Origin: Pirellulales bacterium | GTDB lineage: Bacteria > Planctomycetota > Planctomycetia > Pirellulales > PALSA-1355 | Assembly: GCA_963733035.1 (NCBI GenBank) | Contig: CAVTBU010000005.1 | Location: 192,001-256,000, forward strand | Length of the DNA stretch: 64,000 bases | Direction: 5' to 3' | Shown here: positions 18,626 through 28,212 of the stretch, one piece after another | Layout: every line of letters starts with the position of its first letter | How positions within the stretch are numbered: position 1 is the stretch's first letter | Translations under genes and position numbers: made by a program | Notes under the pieces: model-generated | Seen by the model: only the letters and a program-made list of their open reading frames with translations | What the model was told of the DNA's origin: nothing | The model's database searches: none

Positions 18626-20089
18626 ATGCAATTGGAACTTGTGCTCAGTAATGATCCTCGCGTGCTGCCCAGCGTGCGGGCTTTTGCCAGTGAAACGCTC
18701 CGCCAATTGCCGCTGGACATTGCCGACTCGGCGGCACTCGAAAAACTGATGCTCGGCGCCGTCGCAGACGCTGTGGCCAATGCCTATCGTGAAGGCGACG
18801 AGGGCTCGATCAAGCTTTCGATATCTGACACGCATGGCAGGCTGGAAATCCTGGTGCGCGACTATGGCATGCCCCAGGACGTGGAGCAATTGGAACGGCG
18901 ACTACATGAGCCCGACGCTGGCGGAGGCCGTCTGTATGGTTGTCCCGTCGAACGTCTCGACGAAGTGCACTGGCTGGCATACGGGCCCGAGGGTAAGTCG
19001 CTGCAGGTTCGCAAGTGGCTGCACGGCGAAAGCGTGGCCGAAGGAGCGGATGCCGAGACTTTGACTCCCTTCACGAAAGATAGTCCACTCGCGCCACCGC
19101 AGCAATACGAGGTGCGCCGCATGCTCCCTGGCGAAGCGGTGCAAGTATCGCAGTTGATGTATCGCACCTACGGCAGCACTTATTTCAATCCCGACGTGTA
19201 CTATCCGGCGCGGGTGGCCGCACACAATGCCAACGGCTCGGTTGTTTCGTTCGTCGCTTGTACACAAGACGGCTATGTGGCCGGCCACAGCGCGCTCGAA
19301 TTAAACCAGCCCGGACCCGTGGCCGAGACAGGACAGGCGGCAGTCGATCCGGCCCACCGTGGTCGTGGATTGTTGAGCCGAATGAAAGAACTCTCGCTCG
19401 AAGAGGCCCGGCGACGCCAATTGGTCGGCTGGTATTCCGACGCCGTGGCAGTGCACACGCTCACCCAGAAGACCAACGTCGATCATGGCGGCCGTTTGAC
19501 CGGCGTGGATTTGGCCGTTTCACCCAAGACGGAGCAATTCAGCGGCTTTGACGACCAGCCACAACGTGTGACGTGTCTCCTTTACTTTCACTGGTTACAG
19601 ACGCCTGCCGTGCGCAAGTTGTACTTGCCGCAGTGGCATCAAGAAATGGTCGGATCGATCTACCAACGGCTCGAATGTCCGATTGAGTTTGTCGCAGGAG
19701 CCGTGCCTGAGGGACACGGTACGCTGGCCGTGAAAGTGGACCCGGCAGCCGGCACGGCCTTTGTCCGCGCCGATCGATTGGGGGCGGACACAGTACACGC
19801 GGTGCGCCATGCCAAGCGAGAACTTGTCGAACGTTCGGCCGCGGCCGCGGTCTTTGTGGAATTGCCGTTGGACGATCCAGGCACGGCATCGGTGATGACG
19901 GATCTCGAACAGTACGGTTTTGCATTTACCGGCATTGCCCCACACTTCTCCCCGCGAGGTGATTTGGTCCGAATGGCATACCTGGTCGAACCCCTCCAGC
20001 GTGAGCCCATCAAGACCTTCGACGCCGACGCGGCCGAGCTAGTCGAATATGTCCTTGCCGAGCAGGCACGGATCAGCCAGTCTCTCTAG
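18626..20089 (+). CDS. RsbW-like HATPase domain fused to GNAT acetyltransferase domain(s)
   Basis: N-terminal anti-sigma-type GHKL fold (VRDYGMP G1 box; LDEVHW...GPEGK). GNAT motif A AVDPAHRGRGLL. Confidence 0.75.
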   Translation: MQLELVLSNDPRVLPSVRAFASETLRQLPLDIADSAALEKLMLGAVADAVANAYREGDEGSIKLSISDTHGRLEILVRDYGMPQDVEQLERRLHEPDAGGGRLYGCPVERLDEVHWLAYGPEGKSLQVRKWLHGESVAEGADAETLTPFTKDSPLAPPQQYEVRRMLPGEAVQVSQLMYRTYGSTYFNPDVYYPARVAAHNANGSVVSFVACTQDGYVAGHSALELNQPGPVAETGQAAVDPAHRGRGLLSRMKELSLEEARRRQLVGWYSDAVAVHTLTQKTNVDHGGRLTGVDLAVSPKTEQFSGFDDQPQRVTCLLYFHWLQTPAVRKLYLPQWHQEMVGSIYQRLECPIEFVAGAVPEGHGTLAVKVDPAAGTAFVRADRLGADTVHAVRHAKRELVERSAAAAVFVELPLDDPGTASVMTDLEQYGFAFTGIAPHFSPRGDLVRMAYLVEPLQREPIKTFDADAAELVEYVLAEQARISQSL

Positions 20090-20206
20090 GTGACCGGATT
20101 CGGCGTGGCTCGAAAGTATCGCTTGCGTTGATGGGCCCCGGCGACTACTTATGGGGATAGCTTCCCGCCGAATATCCCACCGCCCGCTGTCAGGATACAT
20201 TTCGTC

Positions 20207-21856
20207 ATGCATGCCCTCATTCTTTGCCTTTCACTGCTTGCCGCTCCCAAGGATACGTTCCTGGCCTGGTCCACCGAGCAGATCGTGGCCGATCGGCTTC
20301 CCCCCTCAGAGGGCACTCGGCTGACGGATGACGAACTCGTAGCGCTGGACGCGGGAGAACCGCGAATGCCGTTTGTTGATTCGACGGTCGGACTGCGCAG
20401 TCTGGAGGGTGAATACTGGATCGGATCGCAGCATGGTTTGCAGTACCTGCCCCCAAGCGGAAACCGCTGGCGCGTGTTTCACTCGCGCCGTTGGCTGCCA
20501 GACAACAAAGTACTCAACCTTGCCTTGGCGCCTGATGGCGCGCTATTTGTCGAGACCCCCGCGGGCATCGTCAAGATCGTGCGCCGCCCCCAATCGCTTG
20601 AGCAGAAGATGCTCGAGATCGACGACATGCTCCAGAAGTATCATCTTCGCAATGGTTTCGTCACTGAGATTAATCTGCCTGAACCGGGAGATCTGGCTTC
20701 CGCGCAATTGCAGTCCTCCAACGACAACGATGGCCTATGGACCAGCATCTATGTTGCCGCCGAGGCGTTTCGCTACGGCGCCACGCACGATCCGGCAGCC
20801 AAACAGAATGCCCGTCGTGCACTCGAAGCGCTGATGTTTCTGGAACGCGTGTCGACGGTACCGGGTTTTGTTGCTCGCAGCGCGGTCCCGATTGACGAGG
20901 ATCCGAGGCCGCACGGCGGCGAGTGGTATCGTTCGGCCGATGGAAAGTGGTGGTGGAAGGCCGACACGTCAAGCGACGAGGTCGTGGGTCACTATTTTGC
21001 CTACCAGATCTACTACGACGTGGCCGCCGACGCGCGGGAGAAAGAGGAAATCCGCGGCTACGTCGAACGGATTACGGATAACATTCTCGACCATGGGCTG
21101 TACTACGTCGGGCCACCGGGTAGGCCAACCACCTGGGGCGTCTGGGCGCCGGAGGGACTGAATCACGACTTGCGGCGGATCGGCGACCGGGGACTCAATT
21201 CGCTCGAGATTCTCTCGCACTTGAAAGTCGCCGAGCACATCGTCGGCAAGCCGCGCTATACGGAGAAGATCAACGAACTCGTTCGAGACCATGGCTACGC
21301 GACGAACACGGTGCAGCAGAAGCGGATTTGGCCAGCGTGGCTCGTCAACCACAGCGACGATGAACTGGCCTTCCTGTCGTACTATCCTCTGTTAATCCTC
21401 GAACGCGATCCGCATCTGCGGAAGGTCTACCTCGCCAGCCTTCGGCGCTCGTGGCAAATCGAGCGGCCCGAGAAGAGTCCGCTGTTCAATCTGATCTATG
21501 GTGCCGCGCTGCAGGCAAGTCACTGGACCAACCCGCTCCGGCGACCGGACCAGCCGTATGTCGATCCAGTCGACTATGACCAGGAAGTCTGCCTGGAATG
21601 GTTTCGCGATGTCCCTTCCGACACGATTAGCTGGACCGTGAGCAACGCGCATCGTCGCGACGTCACGATCGTGGGGAACAACCGAGCGCGGCGAGCGCGC
21701 GGCGATACCGTACTGCCCGTATCCGAACGGCGCGTGATGCGCTGGAACGGCGATCCTTACACGCTCGACGGCGGCAACGGGGGGCGAGACCGCGACGATG
21801 GGGCGGCCATTTTGCTTCCCTATTGGATGGGGCGATATCACTTGCTGATTAACTAA
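20207..21856 (+). CDS. Secreted hypothetical protein (N-terminal propeller blades, C-terminal helical-barrel-like domain)
   Basis: Long ORF with signal-like N-terminus, YWIGSQHGL / WLPDNKV propeller-type repeats, and DNDGLWT, ADTSSDE, NHSDDEL motifs. Confidence 0.7.
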   Translation: MHALILCLSLLAAPKDTFLAWSTEQIVADRLPPSEGTRLTDDELVALDAGEPRMPFVDSTVGLRSLEGEYWIGSQHGLQYLPPSGNRWRVFHSRRWLPDNKVLNLALAPDGALFVETPAGIVKIVRRPQSLEQKMLEIDDMLQKYHLRNGFVTEINLPEPGDLASAQLQSSNDNDGLWTSIYVAAEAFRYGATHDPAAKQNARRALEALMFLERVSTVPGFVARSAVPIDEDPRPHGGEWYRSADGKWWWKADTSSDEVVGHYFAYQIYYDVAADAREKEEIRGYVERITDNILDHGLYYVGPPGRPTTWGVWAPEGLNHDLRRIGDRGLNSLEILSHLKVAEHIVGKPRYTEKINELVRDHGYATNTVQQKRIWPAWLVNHSDDELAFLSYYPLLILERDPHLRKVYLASLRRSWQIERPEKSPLFNLIYGAALQASHWTNPLRRPDQPYVDPVDYDQEVCLEWFRDVPSDTISWTVSNAHRRDVTIVGNNRARRARGDTVLPVSERRVMRWNGDPYTLDGGNGGRDRDDGAAILLPYWMGRYHLLIN

Positions 21857-21994
21857 AGTTTACGGAGTCGCCTAACGTCTTCTCGAAACGGTTCGTAGAG
21901 TTCCAAAACCGATTCCATCGGTGATACCGGCGGCTGTGCCGGCGAACCAGGGATCCAGCGCATTGTCCAACAGGTATCGCAATCGCTACGAATT

Positions 21995-23422
21995 ATGAAT
22001 CGCTTCACCGTTTCAATCGTACTTGTTCAAATGAGTTTTGCCTGCACGCTTACCGCCCAGGATGCCGCGCGGCAATGCTCGGTCCGCGAGTTCGGTGCCG
22101 TCGGAGATGGCGTGGCCGACGACACGGTGGCGATTCAACGTGCAGTCGACGCTGGACATGGGCTGGTGCGGTTTCCGCCGGGGCGATATCGAATCACCGA
22201 ACCGATCCTCGTGGAGCTCGACAAAGTTGGCTATTCGGCCATTGCCGGCGAGGCCGCGGCGCAGATCATCATGGCCGGCCCTGGCCCCGCGCTGCGGTTC
22301 GTCGGAACGCACGAGGGCACGGCCGCACCCAATACGTTCCAGCCGAACGTCTGGCAGCGGCAGCGCACGCCAGCCGTGGATGGCGTGGAAATCCTCGGTC
22401 GACATGCCGACGCTTGCGGCATCGAAGCGACCGGAACGATGCAACTCACGTTGACCCGACTTGTCGTGCGAGAGGCCTTGCACGCGGTGCATCTGGTGCA
22501 GCGCAACCGCAACGTGACGCTGTCGGAATGCAATCTCTACGACAACCATGGAATTGGCGTGTATTTAGATGGCGTGAATCTCCACCAGATCAACATCGCC
22601 AATTGCCACATCAGCTATAACGACGGTGGCGGCGTGGTCGTTCGCAACAGCGAGCTGCGCAACCTGCAAATCGGCACCTGCGACATCGAAGCGAACATGG
22701 GCGGTTCCGATTCCAAACCAACCGCAAACGTGCTGCTTGACTCGACGGGCGGTTCGGTGGCCGAAGTGACCATCGTCGGCTGTACAATCCAACACGCGCA
22801 CAACGCCCCCAACTCAGCGAATATTCGGATCAACGGCCGGTCCGTGCCGCGCCCCAATACCGACGAACTTCGTCACGGGCACGTCACGATTGCCGACAAC
22901 GTTCTGTCAGACGTGCGGGTGAACCTCGACCTGGTCAACGTACGCGGCGCCACGATCACCGGCAACACAATGTGGCAAGGCTACACGCACAACCTGACGG
23001 CCACGAATTGTGCGAACGTCGTCTTCTCCCACAATGTCTGCGAGCGCAATCCCCGGTATCACACCGGCGATGCGGCCGACGCGAAGCTGGGACTGGTGCT
23101 TACCGACTGCAACGGCTGGACGCTTACCGGCAATCATTTGCAAGGAATTGATTGCCAGCCCGCGGCCCTGGTATTGCGCAACTGCAATCGCATGAACCTG
23201 ACCGGCAATACGATTCTCGACTTTGGCCCCTGCGGCCTGCTGCTCGATAAGGTCACCAATAGCCGGGTATCCGACTCCTTAATCCAGGGCGAGCGAGAAG
23301 TTCGCACGACACTCAAATTGAGTGGCGGCCATGGCAATCAGATTGTCGACAACCTGTTCAGTGATGAGGCACACATTGAAGAAGGCACCGGCGTCGCGAA
23401 AGACAACATGGTTGTCCACTAG
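21995..23422 (+). CDS. Secreted right-handed parallel beta-helix protein (pectate lyase 3-like N-terminus)
   Basis: SVREFGAVGDGVADDTVAIQRAVD...VRFPPGRY. Asn-rich ITGN/LTGN coils. Confidence 0.85.
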   Translation: MNRFTVSIVLVQMSFACTLTAQDAARQCSVREFGAVGDGVADDTVAIQRAVDAGHGLVRFPPGRYRITEPILVELDKVGYSAIAGEAAAQIIMAGPGPALRFVGTHEGTAAPNTFQPNVWQRQRTPAVDGVEILGRHADACGIEATGTMQLTLTRLVVREALHAVHLVQRNRNVTLSECNLYDNHGIGVYLDGVNLHQINIANCHISYNDGGGVVVRNSELRNLQIGTCDIEANMGGSDSKPTANVLLDSTGGSVAEVTIVGCTIQHAHNAPNSANIRINGRSVPRPNTDELRHGHVTIADNVLSDVRVNLDLVNVRGATITGNTMWQGYTHNLTATNCANVVFSHNVCERNPRYHTGDAADAKLGLVLTDCNGWTLTGNHLQGIDCQPAALVLRNCNRMNLTGNTILDFGPCGLLLDKVTNSRVSDSLIQGEREVRTTLKLSGGHGNQIVDNLFSDEAHIEEGTGVAKDNMVVH

Positions 23423-23439
23423 CCGGAAGCCGAAAGCGG

Positions 23440-24966
23440 CTAGGCCAGCGCCGCCCGGGTTCGTTCCACCAGTTTGTTGTCGCGGCCGCCGCTGCCCCGG
23501 AGGTTGAACACGCTCGAGGCGAGGAACTGGCCGCGGTACTGCGGCGAGACGTGCTTGTAATCTTCCAGCACCGCACTACTGAACTTGTAGTCGTGGGCGT
23601 TCGTACCCTTCAGGAAAATTAGCACCCGCGCGGCGTCGATGAACTCTTGCGGATTGGGATGCGACTGCACATAGGCCAGCGTCTTGCCGGCGGCGGTCAT
23701 CTTGTTCTGGCTGATGTCCGCGAAGATCTCCTCGACGGCTTTGGATGGGTCGGCCGCAAGCGCACCCGGCTGCAACTCGTCGAGCTTTTGATCGCCGACC
23801 TTGCCGCGATCTCCCATCGCTTCGCGGAACATCGGCAAGAACGCGGCATTCTGTAATAGCAACATCCTCCGCGTGTCGTCGCTGTCGCTGGTTCCCCACG
23901 CATATCGCAGGGCGTTGGTCGTCGTGACCGCGTGCAGCGCCACAATGCCCGGCTTGCGCACCAGGAGTTCGCCGGCACCCAACAGCATTGCGTCCCATAT
24001 CGATTGCGGGGCCACACCGCGATTGATCAGTTCGATCGCTTTCTCGCACGACTGGTTTTCGTCGGCTTCGCGCAGCGCGGCTCGCATGTCGCTGGTGGCT
24101 GCGTCGTCGGGCCGGCCTTCGAGCCAATTGCCGTTGATGGACTTGGCACGCTCGAGATTCAACCGCCAGGGCCGGTCGGCCTGCTCGTCGCTCTTTGCCG
24201 GGTTCGGACCATCGTGCTGCAACAGTGCGTACGCGAGCGACCGCAACACCGGCTCGGTGTGCTGGCTTCCGATGCAATTCAGCGTCCGCAGGCTGTTGGA
24301 GACAAAGATCGCCTTGTGACCGATATCGCGAAAATCGCGGGCGCCGTAACGGAACATCAACTCGAAGATCTCGCTCGTTCCAGCGGAGCGTGCCAGTCCG
24401 GCCGCTGCCGCGTCGGTGGCTGCCTCGTCCCAGCCGTCCATAGCCTCGACCAGCGCCGCCTTGGCCCTGTGCGCCTTCGGCACGGCCGATTCGTCGACGG
24501 CGCCCATGGTCCAGTCGCCCTCTCGGACATCGTCTTCCTGTGCGTCCTTGAAGTAGTCCAATGCCCAAAAAATCGGCAGCCAACGATGCTCGGGCGGCGA
24601 GGCCAGGCTGGCCAGGTGTGCCGAATTGACGACCAACACCGCGTGGAACTTGAAGCCCACGTGCGGTCGCGGTTGCACGTTGCGAACGCCGGCCAGCAGC
24701 AGTGCCGCCAGCAGTTCCTGGTAGTTCAACCCCGCATGAATTCGACCGGCCACAACCTCGAGCAACTGGGCGCGCGGCGTGTCTTCGAGCAACCGCACGA
24801 GTGGTTCAATGTCGGAGTCCAGCTGCACACGATTGGGCTGAGGCGTCGCGTCGGCGGCGCTCACCGGCGCAAGATGCGACAGAAAGCTCAGGTCGCCCAA
24901 GCCGGCTAGGGCTCCGGCAGATGTCGCGGTTTGCAAGAAATGTCGCCGTGAATTCCCCTTTGCCAT
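23440..24966 (-). CDS. Tat-exported hypothetical helical protein with His-containing repeats
   Basis: Tat motif SRRHFL after ATG 24966 (RBS GAGGAGG). Motifs FHAVLVVNS, GHKAIF, LHAVTTTNA, AHDYKF. Confidence 0.8.
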   Translation of the reverse strand: MAKGNSRRHFLQTATSAGALAGLGDLSFLSHLAPVSAADATPQPNRVQLDSDIEPLVRLLEDTPRAQLLEVVAGRIHAGLNYQELLAALLLAGVRNVQPRPHVGFKFHAVLVVNSAHLASLASPPEHRWLPIFWALDYFKDAQEDDVREGDWTMGAVDESAVPKAHRAKAALVEAMDGWDEAATDAAAAGLARSAGTSEIFELMFRYGARDFRDIGHKAIFVSNSLRTLNCIGSQHTEPVLRSLAYALLQHDGPNPAKSDEQADRPWRLNLERAKSINGNWLEGRPDDAATSDMRAALREADENQSCEKAIELINRGVAPQSIWDAMLLGAGELLVRKPGIVALHAVTTTNALRYAWGTSDSDDTRRMLLLQNAAFLPMFREAMGDRGKVGDQKLDELQPGALAADPSKAVEEIFADISQNKMTAAGKTLAYVQSHPNPQEFIDAARVLIFLKGTNAHDYKFSSAVLEDYKHVSPQYRGQFLASSVFNLRGSGGRDNKLVERTRAALA

Positions 24967-25166
24967 GGCGCCGCCCTCCTCAGTGGATTTCGCCGTGAAC
25001 GTGAGCTCATGCCGCACAGGCATTATAGCGGCCTTGGCCACTCCGACCCGACGAAAAACGACCGATTCCTCGCTACCGACCGCGGTCGGCTGGACGCGTA
25101 CCGTTTTGCGGGCGACAATAGACTATCTCTCCCGTTAACCGCCTTCGTCCCATTCCCCCCCAAGCG

Positions 25167-26270
25167 TTGATGAGTCGCCAAACCGCAGACGAGAAACGTT
25201 CCATGCGCCGCTCGCCACGGGGTGCCCGCTCGTGGCGAGGCTGGCTGTTCGCAGGTGGCATCCTGGTGCTGGTGCTGGGCGTCTTCGCGCCAGCTTTCTG
25301 GCCCACGAGTCACTCGACGGCTGAAAGTGACGTCCCCGAAATCAACACGGCCGCGGCTCCCGAGGCCGCGCCCGACAAAAACATGGTCTGGGTGCCCGGC
25401 GGTTGGTTCTGGATGGGCAACAATGGCTTTCCCGACGCTCAGCCCGAGCATCTCGTGTATGTGGATGGATTTTGGCTGGACCGGCACGAAGTGACGAACG
25501 CCGAGTACGCCAAGTTCGTCGAAGCGACCGGCTACAAGACGGTCGCGGAACTGCCCCCCAACCCCGAAGACTTTCCGGGTGCTCCGCCCGAAGTTCTAGT
25601 GCCGGGCTCGATCGTATTCTCACCGCCCGACGAGCCCGTGGCGCTCGATGATCACTTGCAATGGTGGCGCTATGTACCGGGTGCAAACTGGCGGCACCCC
25701 GAAGGTCCCGAAAGCACGATCAAGGGCCGCGAGAATCATCCGGTCGTCCATATTTCCTGGAACGACGCCAAGGCCTACGCCGACTGGGCTGGCAAGCGCC
25801 TGCCGACCGAAGCGGAATGGGAATTCGCCGCGCGCGGTGGCCTCGACAAGCAACCGTATTGTTGGGGCGACAAGCTGCGTCCCGATGGTCAGTGGCAGGT
25901 GAACATCTGGCAAGGACGCTTCCCCCTGCAGAACACGGCTGGCGACGGCTATCGCACGACCGCTCCGGTAGAAAAGTACAAACCGAACGGGTACGGACTG
26001 TACGACATGAGCGGCAACGTCTGGGAATGGTGCGCCGACTGGTACCGCCCGGACACCTACTTGCACACCACTGACAAAAACCCGACCGGCCCGCAAGACA
26101 GCTTCGATCCCGCCGAGCCGGGCATTCCAAAGCGCGTGCAGCGAGGCGGTTCGTTCATGTGCAGCGATTTGTACTGTATCCGCTATGTCCTTGGTTCGCG
26201 TGGCAAGGGTGAACCGGAAAGCGCGGCCGGCCATATCGGATTTCGCTGCGCAAAGTCGCCAGGAAAATGA
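25167..26270 (+). CDS. Formylglycine-generating enzyme (SUMF1/FGE-sulfatase) family protein, membrane-anchored
   Basis: HEVTNAEY, HPVVHISWNDA, RLPTEAEWEFAARGG, NGYGLYDMSGNVWEW, RGGSFMCSDLYC, GFRC. N-terminal TM helix. Confidence 0.93.
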   Translation: MMSRQTADEKRSMRRSPRGARSWRGWLFAGGILVLVLGVFAPAFWPTSHSTAESDVPEINTAAAPEAAPDKNMVWVPGGWFWMGNNGFPDAQPEHLVYVDGFWLDRHEVTNAEYAKFVEATGYKTVAELPPNPEDFPGAPPEVLVPGSIVFSPPDEPVALDDHLQWWRYVPGANWRHPEGPESTIKGRENHPVVHISWNDAKAYADWAGKRLPTEAEWEFAARGGLDKQPYCWGDKLRPDGQWQVNIWQGRFPLQNTAGDGYRTTAPVEKYKPNGYGLYDMSGNVWEWCADWYRPDTYLHTTDKNPTGPQDSFDPAEPGIPKRVQRGGSFMCSDLYCIRYVLGSRGKGEPESAAGHIGFRCAKSPGK

Positions 26271-26404
26271 TCTCGCTCGCACAACCACAGACTTGGCGCG
26301 CGTTTGCCCATTACCTTCAGGCTTAGGCTGTGCTTAGAATCTATGGTCAGTGGACAAGTTGCTCGCCGAATCTTCATGCCCATCGTCTCCCGCGGAGCTT
26401 CTTC

Positions 26405-28126
26405 ATGAACGCTTGCTTTCTTTCTCGCTACTTTCGGTGCGTTGGGCTGGCCGCCTTCCTGATCGTCTGGACGTGCAGCGCTGCCTGGGCCCAGGCTCCC
26501 GATGGCGAGGTCAAGCCAACCGATCCACAGCCGCCACTCAAATACCACGGCCTGGTTCCCGGCATGTCGACCGCGGCTGACGTTCGCGAGGCTCTCGGCC
26601 AGTCGATGCATGAAGCCAGGTGGTACGCTTACAAAATGCTCTTTCCGGCGGCTGGCCGCGACAATTTAATCGATTCGGTTCACCTGCACGGCAAGGACGG
26701 AGGATACTCCTCCACGGAAGCCGCGACCATACCCGCCGGTTTTGAGAGTCGCGAAAAGGTCTTGGCCGCGTTTGGCTCGCCGGAGCAAGAGATCAAGATG
26801 GCCACTTTCTCGGTTCTCGACTATACGCATCTGGGTGTGCGGTTTGTCTTCAATGTGCAAGGCGAAACCATCGGCGTCGCATACGTTCCGAACGTGCTGA
26901 CGCGTGTTCCGGACGGCGGGCCGCGCCTGCTTGACATGAGCAAGCTTCGTTCGGGACCACAACCGAGCCCCGAAAAGCCGGCGCCGGTGGGCAATCTGAA
27001 AGCCGGCACGGCCGAAGTTACCATCACGCCCAAGAAGGAATGGATGCCGCCACGCATTCGAGATGCCTTCCGCGTGCACGATGACATGCGCGCCCGCGTC
27101 GTCGTGTTTGAAAAGGACGACGTCCGCATCGCCCTCGTCGGTGCCGACTTGTTTGGCATGCTTAGGACGGACATCGATGCGATTCGCGCTCGGGCCAAGG
27201 AATCGGGCATCGACTTCCTGTTATTGGCCATGTCACATAATCATGCTGCTCCGGATACCATCGGCGTTTATGGTCACTACCCGGCCGAGTACGTCGCCTA
27301 CATCCAAGATCAAGTGCACGACGCCGTGCAGAAGGCGGTCGGCAGCTTGCAGCCCGTCAAGGAGTTTCGCACTGCGTCGCGTGAACTTCCGATGGACGGG
27401 GCACGCGTGATCGGCTACTTCCGCAATGCCCGCAACCCGGGCATTCTCGATCCAACGATTTCGATCCTGCAGCCGATTGGCGACGACGGCAAACCGATCG
27501 CCACGCTCGTGAACTTTGCTTGTCACGTGGAAGGCCTGGAAAATGGCCCCGCCGACTGCAGCGCCGATTTCCCGGGATATATGTGCGAGCAGATTCGAGC
27601 CGATGGCGGTGGCCAGGGCGTATTTCTCAACGGGGCTGTCGGCGGCATGGTCAGTGGCGATAACAATGCCCGCACGCATGACAAAGCGCAGGTGATGGGC
27701 CTCGGACTGGCAAAAATTGTGAAGGAACTGGCCACCACGGCACAACCGCCGGCCGAGTTCCACTATGGATTTACCACCAGTAAGGTCACCTTTCCGATGA
27801 CCAATCCGCGGTTTCTGCCGCTGTATGAGGCTCGTGGCGGTTTGGATGAAGGCCGAGTGACAAGCGAAATGGCGCTAATCAGGCTGGGTGAGGCGGAATT
27901 GATTACCCTGCCCGGCGAGGTTCTCCCCGAGGTGAGCTTCGAAATCCTCCAGCAGATGAAGGGCTTTCCGCGCATCCTGGTCGGATTGGCGAACGATCAG
28001 CTGGGCTATATCATTCCAGAATACGACTTCCGGTCGAACAGCTACGAAGAGACGATGTCGCAAGGTAAGGCAACGGCCGCAGCGGTACGCGATACGGCCC
28101 TGAAACTGCTCGCCGAAGAAAATTAG
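26405..28126 (+). CDS. Secreted neutral/alkaline ceramidase-like metallo-amidohydrolase with N-terminal extension
   Basis: AGTAEVTITP, HDDMRAR, SHNHAAPD, NFACHVE, SADFPG, LNGAVGG, TLPGEV, GYI...YEE. Confidence 0.75.
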   Translation: MNACFLSRYFRCVGLAAFLIVWTCSAAWAQAPDGEVKPTDPQPPLKYHGLVPGMSTAADVREALGQSMHEARWYAYKMLFPAAGRDNLIDSVHLHGKDGGYSSTEAATIPAGFESREKVLAAFGSPEQEIKMATFSVLDYTHLGVRFVFNVQGETIGVAYVPNVLTRVPDGGPRLLDMSKLRSGPQPSPEKPAPVGNLKAGTAEVTITPKKEWMPPRIRDAFRVHDDMRARVVVFEKDDVRIALVGADLFGMLRTDIDAIRARAKESGIDFLLLAMSHNHAAPDTIGVYGHYPAEYVAYIQDQVHDAVQKAVGSLQPVKEFRTASRELPMDGARVIGYFRNARNPGILDPTISILQPIGDDGKPIATLVNFACHVEGLENGPADCSADFPGYMCEQIRADGGGQGVFLNGAVGGMVSGDNNARTHDKAQVMGLGLAKIVKELATTAQPPAEFHYGFTTSKVTFPMTNPRFLPLYEARGGLDEGRVTSEMALIRLGEAELITLPGEVLPEVSFEILQQMKGFPRILVGLANDQLGYIIPEYDFRSNSYEETMSQGKATAAAVRDTALKLLAEEN

Positions 28127-28212
28127 CCTTGGTGCGATTGCACAACCGGCCGGGAGCGGATACTTTGGATTGCAAAGCACCTTTGCGCTTTCGTTAAGCA
28201 AAAGGCCCGCGC

